From assembly GCA_051362555.1 (NCBI GenBank), contig JBPQGU010000013.1:62001-126000 (forward strand): a DNA stretch of 64,000 nucleotides, given 5' to 3'. Below, in pieces: positions 1 through 8,380 of the stretch. The position numbers and the translations under genes were made by a program. Positions within the stretch are counted from its first letter, which is position 1. Each line of letters begins with the position of its first letter. The notes beneath the pieces were generated by a model that saw only the letters and a list, made by a program, of their open reading frames with translations, had not been told where the DNA came from and ran no database searches. This DNA comes from Lingula anatina (Eukaryota > Animalia > Brachiopoda).

Positions 1-341
1 TAATTTTGGTATCAACTAGCAGAGTAGGGTGTTAACTACTGCCAGTTTTTTTTTCAGGACCAGGCACAGGTGCAGTGCAGTCGTGAGACCTCTGGCGGAA
101 GGGTCTACTGACTGTGAGTGGTGCAGTGGTTTGTTTACAAACAGAGGGGTGCACATGTTCAAGTGATGCCGGTAAGACAGCGGAGTTGATGACAGTATAT
201 TTTTTTGCCATTTGGAGTTATGTCAGTGTGTCTGCTGTCCATGGAGATGGGAAATGTTTCCCAGAGTTATTTTCTTTATGCAGTTTTGCAGGCATTTCTT
301 AGTATGGTCGTCAATGGGAAATATTTTGGTGGTTTCTCCCC
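1..341 (+). repeat. LTDR, partial (left part outside window)
   Basis: Ends in TIR tttggtggtttctcccc (325-341) followed by tgaa. Confidence 0.85.
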
Positions 342-404
342 TGAACAGGAAAAGTGACAACTGTTCACTTTTGGCTTAGTTTCTAAATTTAGAGCAGCAC
401 AGGC

Positions 405-444
405 CATAAAAGGGTGCTCTTGCATCATTTCACACAAAAAATGG
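405..444 (+). promoter_or_regulatory. Possible TATA-like element and start context of the nuclease gene
   Basis: CATAAAAG (405-412), TCATTT (425-430), AAAATGG at 441. Confidence 0.35.
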
Positions 445-806
445 CTAATGACCAGTTCTAGGATGTATATCTTGCGAAATTACATGCAAAATTGCATAAC
501 ACACAGGAGGGATACTGTTGGCTGTGGACTGGGGGCACCAGTTGTTCCAGTGGGGCCCGTTATGGGTTATGGAGGGTTACATTTCCTGGGGCTAGACACT
601 CTGTTACTGTTGGAGTGCACAGGGTGGCATTTATGCTTAGGAGAGGGTTTTACACATTCCACCCGTGTGGAGTCGGTCTGTGCTGTAACCCCGATCATCT
701 CACAGCAGAGCCTCAATGAATCAACAATAACAGATTACATTGTCGTAATGTGGGCAGGTGCCTCAGACACAGACGGGGGCCAAATTGTGTACATGATAAT
801 TATTAA
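441..806 (+). pseudogene. His-Me finger (I-PpoI-like His-Cys box) nuclease, 121 codons, with in-frame TAG (459-461) and TGA (717-719)
   Basis: Single frame from aaaATGG: MANDQF*DVYLAKLHAKLHNTQEGYCWLWTG...YG...HRVAFML...HPCGVGLCCNPDHLTAEPQ*INNNRLHCRNVGRCLRHRRGPNCVHDNY*. Shows HxCx4CxNPxHL-x2-E-x4-NxxRxxC spacing plus a second C/C/H/C cluster, as in I-PpoI. Confidence 0.88.
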
Positions 807-964
807 TATTATTGTTATTATTATTAAATTTACATTTACTTAATTTATAGATTTCTCAATTATATTTATAAGTTTTAAGACTAGAAGAAAGACCAACAAA
901 CTTTTTTTCATATTTCACAACCAGTTTATTACAGAGTAGTATCTTAAAATCATACATTTTTATT
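807..964. terminator. AT-rich convergent 3' region with poly(A) signals for both genes
   Basis: Minus-strand AATAAA at 959-964 and 925-930 just after the transposase stop; plus-strand ATTAAA at 823-828 after the nuclease stop. Confidence 0.5.
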
Positions 965-2887
965 TTAATTACATGCTCTCTTTGAATAGCTATGATCAGG
1001 AATTACAAGTTTTGGCATAGATATGCATCTTCTGTAGTCATTATTACTTTTCAATGCTTTAGATCTGTCATATCTTCTGTAACGGCTAAGGATTCTCTGT
1101 CTAGCTCTTAACTTAAATGCAACTGTCTTTTTGTGATTTACTCTCATTTTCATCTGTTTTTCATCTTTCTCCAGATATTTAACAACTGAAGAAGTGGGCC
1201 TAACACCAACAGAGGCCATCTTACACAAAGTGGATTGCTTAAGTCCATTATTCCTCAAGTGAACTGCACTGTGAATCCTGCCTTCGAAGTTCCGTGAAAA
1301 GGTGACAACTTTATTATTAGTTTTCTGAAATGTCCGGTTTAAAGACTCCACTTTTTGTGTGTTGGTATTAAGTTTTGTTGATTCAATTGCCCTTGGGCCC
1401 AGTCTATAATTTAGGCACTGTCTTAAGATGTGCACATCTTCAGAGTTGCTAAAGTCTAGTTTGCCTTTCTCAGGGAAAATAGTTTCCGTGCCACCTTTGC
1501 ATACATAAGAATACTTTAAGCAGTTTTCACAATCACCGTTGTAACAACTAATTATAGAGTCAGTGACATAACTCAGTGCTCTTTTAATCAATTCTATGTC
1601 CCCTTTATTTGCTTTATAGCAGGCATCGAATTCAGCATAACAGCGCATTGCTATGCACTGAGCAAAGCGTTTCTGCATCTTGTCTCTGGAGTACTTTGTT
1701 TTCCCTGGGAAAACTTGACCGGAAAATGGTGCTTTTTCAATTTGCTTTTTCAGAGCTTTACTGAAGTGGCGCGTGTCCCGAAGACTTTCGACATCATCAC
1801 ATGCAGAGTGGGCTCGGCTATCACCATCAGTGGTCAAGGCACCAACTGTGACCTCTCCAGAAATTTCCTCGAGGATCTGCTGCATGGCACGTTTCTCGTC
1901 TCCAATACTGTCGTCTTCCCGTAGATTCGCCGTGCAGATACCACTGTGCTCTGGACAGGATACATCTTCCCCTCTACTTTTAAGCAGGTGAGCTGTGTGG
2001 CATAACTTGTTTCCGGTGTAAACACCAATGATGTCTTTTTTGCTGGTTACATTTTCTGCAACGGTGTATACAGTCTGAGTGGCTGGCTGGTATGGTGTTT
2101 TGTTCCCTCCACTAAACAGACTATTATTATATCTGCCATCTCCTTCCACTGCTATGGGCTGTCCTTCACACCCTCTCAGATCTTGAATGCGGCGTAGATT
2201 CTCACGGCGCTGTTGCATGTCAGCTTTGTTAAGCTTGGTTATAGCAGCACCGACTTTATTTGCTTGCTTTTGCATGGATGATGCACTGGGCGGGGTCACA
2301 TTGGTCGCCATTAGAATCTGCCTCATGGCCGTGTTGGAGATCATGTTTTGTGACAGGCCTACTTGCAAGCCTGCATTCACCGTTGCTGCTCTCCTGCCAC
2401 GCTGCTTGCTCTCGACTTCATTGTACAATTTCTGTTTCCCTGTCCTGTACTGACACGTGTCACATTTTAGTCCCATTGACCAAGCCACTCCCCACTTGCT
2501 TTCTGCCTCTCTGTCCCAAACCATTGAGCCAGTGCACTCAGCTGTATGCTCTGACAAGACTTTGTTGACCAGATTGACAATTTTTTCTGGTGAAACCAAC
2601 TTGTATTCATCATCTGGGGGTTGGGGCTGGCTGCTGGACAAACTCTCTGACTGGGCCCTCCTAGGTCTGAGGATGACGGGTGCATCAGGGTTGCTGCTGA
2701 GGGTTGCTGGCGGCCCGACAGGGGGTGGAGAGGAGGCTGCCTGGTACAACTCTTGGCTGGGTCTGATGTATCTTCTCACAATAGGCTCTGGAGGCTGGTC
2801 AGACTTCTGTCTTGCATGGTATAGCTTGTGTCCCTTCACAAATACACTTTTTCTTCGTTTTTTCCAGCTACCTTTACCGTACGGCAT
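965..2887 (-). CDS. DDE transposase, Kolobok/Mutator-like class, 640 aa (open frame extends to 3151)
   Basis: Motifs AVEGDGRYNN (D250), TTDGDSRA (D354), DTRH (371-374), NTQKVESLN (E514); Cys/His motif H-x3-C...CDTC; basic KKRRK; C-terminal DHSY. Start placed at CCACCATG (Kozak) downstream of a TATA box, not at the TTG used by the ORF track. Confidence 0.9.
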   Translation of the reverse strand: MPYGKGSWKKRRKSVFVKGHKLYHARQKSDQPPEPIVRRYIRPSQELYQAASSPPPVGPPATLSSNPDAPVILRPRRAQSESLSSSQPQPPDDEYKLVSPEKIVNLVNKVLSEHTAECTGSMVWDREAESKWGVAWSMGLKCDTCQYRTGKQKLYNEVESKQRGRRAATVNAGLQVGLSQNMISNTAMRQILMATNVTPPSASSMQKQANKVGAAITKLNKADMQQRRENLRRIQDLRGCEGQPIAVEGDGRYNNSLFSGGNKTPYQPATQTVYTVAENVTSKKDIIGVYTGNKLCHTAHLLKSRGEDVSCPEHSGICTANLREDDSIGDEKRAMQQILEEISGEVTVGALTTDGDSRAHSACDDVESLRDTRHFSKALKKQIEKAPFSGQVFPGKTKYSRDKMQKRFAQCIAMRCYAEFDACYKANKGDIELIKRALSYVTDSIISCYNGDCENCLKYSYVCKGGTETIFPEKGKLDFSNSEDVHILRQCLNYRLGPRAIESTKLNTNTQKVESLNRTFQKTNNKVVTFSRNFEGRIHSAVHLRNNGLKQSTLCKMASVGVRPTSSVVKYLEKDEKQMKMRVNHKKTVAFKLRARQRILSRYRRYDRSKALKSNNDYRRCISMPKLVIPDHSYSKRACN

Positions 2888-2899
2888 GGTGGATAGAAA

Positions 2900-3018
2900 G
2901 TGACTTCTGAGTCCAGAGGCAGAGACAGGGCATTTTATAGCATCAGCTGCCCATTGTCTCTCCCAGGTGTGCAGGAAAGCAGGATACATTACAACAAAAG
3001 GTATGAACAGTGATTGGT
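2900..3018 (-). promoter_or_regulatory. Putative Pol II core promoter of the transposase (repeated in each unit)
   Basis: Minus-strand CCAATCA (3011-3017), TATAAAA (2933-2939), Inr-like TCA about 30 nt downstream, then CCACCATG at 2887. Canonical spacing. Confidence 0.6.
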
Positions 3019-3590
3019 AGTGGGGTTTCCTGTAAACAGCAAACTGCATGGCCCCAGTGCAGGAGGGGGGTATACAGCTTAGCAGTGAGTATTGTTCTGC
3101 AGGGAGGGACAAGAAGCTCATTTCCTGTATCCTCACAACAAACACAAACAAACATAAACAACAGTTGTGACAATTAACCTTGCACTTGAGTTTAAGTAAT
3201 TTTTAGATATTTTAAAATATTTTTATTAGTAATTTTCCACTTTTCACATTTTATTTCTCAACAAAGTGCACTTAAACTAGGCCCAACCAGTTAAGATGCT
3301 TATCTCAGATTTTCACACCTGTCCAGCATAAGGTGTCCAAATTTCAAAACAATTGAAACAAATTCAGGCACAGAAATGTACATTTAACTTTTTATCACTC
3401 ATGAAATTATGCTTTCTCACCAGGTGCAATGTTGGCTAGAGTGGCCGATACAGCAACCACATTTTCAACTTGACAGGGCTCAGTCATCAAGAGACCGTTC
3501 TCAGTCATATTGGGCGGAGCAGTTGGCAGTGTATTAAGGTTTTAATTTTTGGTGTCAGAAGGTAAGAACAGGGGGGGTGGTTTGTGTGAA

Positions 3591-3607
3591 GGGCAGAAAC
3601 CTCCAAA
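3591..3607 (+). repeat. Left TIR of LTDR (17 bp)
   Basis: gggcagaaacctccaaa; pairs with 4032-4048. Confidence 0.85.
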
Positions 3608-4031
3608 TCAACCAATCAGCACCTGTTATAGACGAATATAGTTCAGTGAGAAAAAATGAGTGCTTTTTTCCATTTTTTTCCTGGCATTTCTTGTGTGTTG
3701 CTAGGGTTAATTTTGGTATCAACTAGCAGAGTAGGGTGTTAACTACTGCCAGTTTTTTTTTCAGGACCAGGCACAGGTGCAGTGCAGTCGTGAGACCTCT
3801 GGCGGAAGGGTCTACTGACTGTGAGTGGTGCAGTGGTTTGTTTACAAACAGAGGGGTGCACATGTTCAAGTGATGCCGGTAAGACAGCGGAGTTGATGAC
3901 AGTATATTTTTTTGCCATTTGGAGTTATGTCAGTGTGTCTGCTGTCCATGGAGATGGGAAATGTTTCCCAGAGTTATTTTCTTTATGCAGTTTTGCAGGC
4001 ATTTCTTAGTATGGTCGTCAATGGGAAATAT

Positions 4032-4048
4032 TTTGGTGGTTTCTCCCC
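4032..4048 (-). repeat. Right TIR of LTDR (17 bp)
   Basis: tttggtggtttctcccc; pairs with 3591-3607. Confidence 0.85.
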
Positions 4049-4147
4049 TGAACAGGAAAAGTGACAACTGTTCACTTTTGGCTTAGTTTCTAAATTTAGA
4101 GCAGCACAGGCCATAAAAGGGTGCTCTTGCATCATTTCACACAAAAA

Positions 4148-4513
4148 ATGGCTAATGACCAGTTCTAGGATGTATATCTTGCGAAATTACATGCAAAATT
4201 GCATAACACACAGGAGGGATACTGTTGGCTGTGGACTGGGGGCACCAGTTGTTCCAGTGGGGCCCGTTATGGGTTATGGAGGGTTACATTTCCTGGGGCT
4301 AGACACTCTGTTACTGTTGGAGTGCACAGGGTGGCATTTATGCTTAGGAGAGGGTTTTACACATTCCACCCGTGTGGAGTCGGTCTGTGCTGTAACCCCG
4401 ATCATCTCACAGCAGAGCCTCAATGAATCAACAATAACAGATTACATTGTCGTAATGTGGGCAGGTGCCTCAGACACAGACGGGGGCCAAATTGTGTACA
4501 TGATAATTATTAA
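4148..4513 (+). pseudogene. His-Me finger nuclease copy (same two stops)
   Basis: Identical to 441-806. Confidence 0.85.
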
Positions 4514-4671
4514 TATTATTGTTATTATTATTAAATTTACATTTACTTAATTTATAGATTTCTCAATTATATTTATAAGTTTTAAGACTAGAAGAAAGAC
4601 CAACAAACTTTTTTTCATATTTCACAACCAGTTTATTACAGAGTAGTATCTTAAAATCATACATTTTTATT

Positions 4672-6594
4672 TTAATTACATGCTCTCTTTGAATAGCTAT
4701 GATCAGGAATTACAAGTTTTGGCATAGATATGCATCTTCTGTAGTCATTATTACTTTTCAATGCTTTAGATCTGTCATATCTTCTGTAACGGCTAAGGAT
4801 TCTCTGTCTAGCTCTTAACTTAAATGCAACTGTCTTTTTGTGATTTACTCTCATTTTCATCTGTTTTTCATCTTTCTCCAGATATTTAACAACTGAAGAA
4901 GTGGGCCTAACACCAACAGAGGCCATCTTACACAAAGTGGATTGCTTAAGTCCATTATTCCTCAAGTGAACTGCACTGTGAATCCTGCCTTCGAAGTTCC
5001 GTGAAAAGGTGACAACTTTATTATTAGTTTTCTGAAATGTCCGGTTTAAAGACTCCACTTTTTGTGTGTTGGTATTAAGTTTTGTTGATTCAATTGCCCT
5101 TGGGCCCAGTCTATAATTTAGGCACTGTCTTAAGATGTGCACATCTTCAGAGTTGCTAAAGTCTAGTTTGCCTTTCTCAGGGAAAATAGTTTCCGTGCCA
5201 CCTTTGCATACATAAGAATACTTTAAGCAGTTTTCACAATCACCGTTGTAACAACTAATTATAGAGTCAGTGACATAACTCAGTGCTCTTTTAATCAATT
5301 CTATGTCCCCTTTATTTGCTTTATAGCAGGCATCGAATTCAGCATAACAGCGCATTGCTATGCACTGAGCAAAGCGTTTCTGCATCTTGTCTCTGGAGTA
5401 CTTTGTTTTCCCTGGGAAAACTTGACCGGAAAATGGTGCTTTTTCAATTTGCTTTTTCAGAGCTTTACTGAAGTGGCGCGTGTCCCGAAGACTTTCGACA
5501 TCATCACATGCAGAGTGGGCTCGGCTATCACCATCAGTGGTCAAGGCACCAACTGTGACCTCTCCAGAAATTTCCTCGAGGATCTGCTGCATGGCACGTT
5601 TCTCGTCTCCAATACTGTCGTCTTCCCGTAGATTCGCCGTGCAGATACCACTGTGCTCTGGACAGGATACATCTTCCCCTCTACTTTTAAGCAGGTGAGC
5701 TGTGTGGCATAACTTGTTTCCGGTGTAAACACCAATGATGTCTTTTTTGCTGGTTACATTTTCTGCAACGGTGTATACAGTCTGAGTGGCTGGCTGGTAT
5801 GGTGTTTTGTTCCCTCCACTAAACAGACTATTATTATATCTGCCATCTCCTTCCACTGCTATGGGCTGTCCTTCACACCCTCTCAGATCTTGAATGCGGC
5901 GTAGATTCTCACGGCGCTGTTGCATGTCAGCTTTGTTAAGCTTGGTTATAGCAGCACCGACTTTATTTGCTTGCTTTTGCATGGATGATGCACTGGGCGG
6001 GGTCACATTGGTCGCCATTAGAATCTGCCTCATGGCCGTGTTGGAGATCATGTTTTGTGACAGGCCTACTTGCAAGCCTGCATTCACCGTTGCTGCTCTC
6101 CTGCCACGCTGCTTGCTCTCGACTTCATTGTACAATTTCTGTTTCCCTGTCCTGTACTGACACGTGTCACATTTTAGTCCCATTGACCAAGCCACTCCCC
6201 ACTTGCTTTCTGCCTCTCTGTCCCAAACCATTGAGCCAGTGCACTCAGCTGTATGCTCTGACAAGACTTTGTTGACCAGATTGACAATTTTTTCTGGTGA
6301 AACCAACTTGTATTCATCATCTGGGGGTTGGGGCTGGCTGCTGGACAAACTCTCTGACTGGGCCCTCCTAGGTCTGAGGATGACGGGTGCATCAGGGTTG
6401 CTGCTGAGGGTTGCTGGCGGCCCGACAGGGGGTGGAGAGGAGGCTGCCTGGTACAACTCTTGGCTGGGTCTGATGTATCTTCTCACAATAGGCTCTGGAG
6501 GCTGGTCAGACTTCTGTCTTGCATGGTATAGCTTGTGTCCCTTCACAAATACACTTTTTCTTCGTTTTTTCCAGCTACCTTTACCGTACGGCAT
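4672..6594 (-). CDS. DDE transposase, intact copy
   Basis: Translation identical to 965-2887. Confidence 0.9.
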   Translation of the reverse strand: MPYGKGSWKKRRKSVFVKGHKLYHARQKSDQPPEPIVRRYIRPSQELYQAASSPPPVGPPATLSSNPDAPVILRPRRAQSESLSSSQPQPPDDEYKLVSPEKIVNLVNKVLSEHTAECTGSMVWDREAESKWGVAWSMGLKCDTCQYRTGKQKLYNEVESKQRGRRAATVNAGLQVGLSQNMISNTAMRQILMATNVTPPSASSMQKQANKVGAAITKLNKADMQQRRENLRRIQDLRGCEGQPIAVEGDGRYNNSLFSGGNKTPYQPATQTVYTVAENVTSKKDIIGVYTGNKLCHTAHLLKSRGEDVSCPEHSGICTANLREDDSIGDEKRAMQQILEEISGEVTVGALTTDGDSRAHSACDDVESLRDTRHFSKALKKQIEKAPFSGQVFPGKTKYSRDKMQKRFAQCIAMRCYAEFDACYKANKGDIELIKRALSYVTDSIISCYNGDCENCLKYSYVCKGGTETIFPEKGKLDFSNSEDVHILRQCLNYRLGPRAIESTKLNTNTQKVESLNRTFQKTNNKVVTFSRNFEGRIHSAVHLRNNGLKQSTLCKMASVGVRPTSSVVKYLEKDEKQMKMRVNHKKTVAFKLRARQRILSRYRRYDRSKALKSNNDYRRCISMPKLVIPDHSYSKRACN

Positions 6595-7297
6595 GGTGGA
6601 TAGAAAGTGACTTCTGAGTCCAGAGGCAGAGACAGGGCATTTTATAGCATCAGCTGCCCATTGTCTCTCCCAGGTGTGCAGGAAAGCAGGATACATTACA
6701 ACAAAAGGTATGAACAGTGATTGGTAGTGGGGTTTCCTGTAAACAGCAAACTGCATGGCCCCAGTGCAGGAGGGGGGTATACAGCTTAGCAGTGAGTATT
6801 GTTCTGCAGGGAGGGACAAGAAGCTCATTTCCTGTATCCTCACAACAAACACAAACAAACATAAACAACAGTTGTGACAATTAACCTTGCACTTGAGTTT
6901 AAGTAATTTTTAGATATTTTAAAATATTTTTATTAGTAATTTTCCACTTTTCACATTTTATTTCTCAACAAAGTGCACTTAAACTAGGCCCAACCAGTTA
7001 AGATGCTTATCTCAGATTTTCACACCTGTCCAGCATAAGGTGTCCAAATTTCAAAACAATTGAAACAAATTCAGGCACAGAAATGTACATTTAACTTTTT
7101 ATCACTCATGAAATTATGCTTTCTCACCAGGTGCAATGTTGGCTAGAGTGGCCGATACAGCAACCACATTTTCAACTTGACAGGGCTCAGTCATCAAGAG
7201 ACCGTTCTCAGTCATATTGGGCGGAGCAGTTGGCAGTGTATTAAGGTTTTAATTTTTGGTGTCAGAAGGTAAGAACAGGGGGGGTGGTTTGTGTGAA

Positions 7298-7755
7298 GGG
7301 CAGAAACCTCCAAATCAACCAATCAGCACCTGTTATAGACGAATATAGTTCAGTGAGAAAAAATGAGTGCTTTTTTCCATTTTTTTCCTGGCATTTCTTG
7401 TGTGTTGCTAGGGTTAATTTTGGTATCAACTAGCAGAGTAGGGTGTTAACTACTGCCAGTTTTTTTTTCAGGACCAGGCACAGGTGCAGTGCAGTCGTGA
7501 GACCTCTGGCGGAAGGGTCTACTGACTGTGAGTGGTGCAGTGGTTTGTTTACAAACAGAGGGGTGCACATGTTCAAGTGATGCCGGTAAGACAGCGGAGT
7601 TGATGACAGTATATTTTTTTGCCATTTGGAGTTATGTCAGTGTGTCTGCTGTCCATGGAGATGGGAAATGTTTCCCAGAGTTATTTTCTTTATGCAGTTT
7701 TGCAGGCATTTCTTAGTATGGTCGTCAATGGGAAATATTTTGGTGGTTTCTCCCC
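7298..7755 (+). repeat. LTDR copy with variant right flank (ttcaaacagg instead of tgaacagg)
   Basis: Same TIRs, 458 bp. Confidence 0.88.
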
Positions 7756-7856
7756 TTCAAACAGGAAAAGTGACAACTGTTCACTTTTGGCTTAGTTTCT
7801 AAATTTAGAGCAGCACAGGCCATAAAAGGGTGCTCTTGCATCATTTCACACAAAAA

Positions 7857-8222
7857 ATGGCTAATGACCAGTTCTAGGATGTATATCTTGCGAAATTACA
7901 TGCAAAATTGCATAACACACAGGAGGGATACTGTTGGCTGTGGACTGGGGGCACCAGTTGTTCCAGTGGGGCCCGTTATGGGTTATGGAGGGTTACATTT
8001 CCTGGGGCTAGACACTCTGTTACTGTTGGAGTGCACAGGGTGGCATTTATGCTTAGGAGAGGGTTTTACACATTCCACCCGTGTGGAGTCGGTCTGTGCT
8101 GTAACCCCGATCATCTCACAGCAGAGCCTCAATGAATCAACAATAACAGATTACATTGTCGTAATGTGGGCAGGTGCCTCAGACACAGACGGGGGCCAAA
8201 TTGTGTACATGATAATTATTAA
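7857..8222 (+). pseudogene. His-Me finger nuclease copy (same two stops)
   Basis: Identical. Confidence 0.85.
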
Positions 8223-8380
8223 TATTATTGTTATTATTATTAAATTTACATTTACTTAATTTATAGATTTCTCAATTATATTTATAAGTTTTAAGACTAG
8301 AAGAAAGACCAACAAACTTTTTTTCATATTTCACAACCAGTTTATTACAGAGTAGTATCTTAAAATCATACATTTTTATT

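Larger units (their letters stand above)
3591..4048 (+). repeat. 458-bp long terminal direct repeat (LTDR) with its own TIRs
   Basis: Left end GGGCAGAAACCTCCAAA vs reverse complement of right end GGGGAGAAACCACCAAA: 15/17 identical. TGAA on both sides (3587-3590, 4049-4052). Length fits the ~450-bp KolobokP class. Confidence 0.88.
3591..7755 (-). mobile_element. Representative full KolobokP-type composite DNA transposon: LTDR 3591-4048, internal region 4049-7297, LTDR 7298-7755
   Basis: Two identical 458-bp direct repeats, each with its own TIRs and GG...CC (RR...YY) termini, enclose a DDE transposase and a convergent His-Me finger nuclease gene. This is the architecture described for KolobokP. 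Confidence 0.88.

Noticed and set aside
441-806. Alternative genetic code explaining the TAG and TGA
   Set aside because: The 640-aa transposase has no internal TAG or TGA, so there is no support for codon reassignment.
448-843. 131-aa plus-strand ORF MTSSRMY...
   Set aside because: Overlaps the motif-bearing nuclease frame out of phase and ends in an AT-rich Ile run; no recognisable motif.
932-947. CAGAGTAG-N4-TTAA, also present near 20-35, and a weak inverted match to TTAAGATGCT at 3291
   Set aside because: Match level expected by chance among the many TTAA sites; inconsistent with the LTDR architecture.
1715-2903. Short ORFs antisense to or out of frame with the transposase, and the 62-aa/60-aa LTDR ORFs
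   Set aside because: Shadow ORFs. They recur only because the unit is repeated, which is not evidence of conservation.
2888-3151. N-terminal 88-aa extension of the 728-aa ORF (TTG start)
   Set aside because: Contains the TATA and CCAAT elements, starts at a non-ATG codon, and has no domain-like content; the Kozak ATG at 2887 fits better. Upstream in-frame ATGs cannot be fully excluded.
3174-3710. piggyBac-like ends TTAA-CCTTGC...CTAGGG-TTAA
   Set aside because: Only about 2 bp match beyond TTAA, and the span straddles the much better supported 17-bp TIR boundary.
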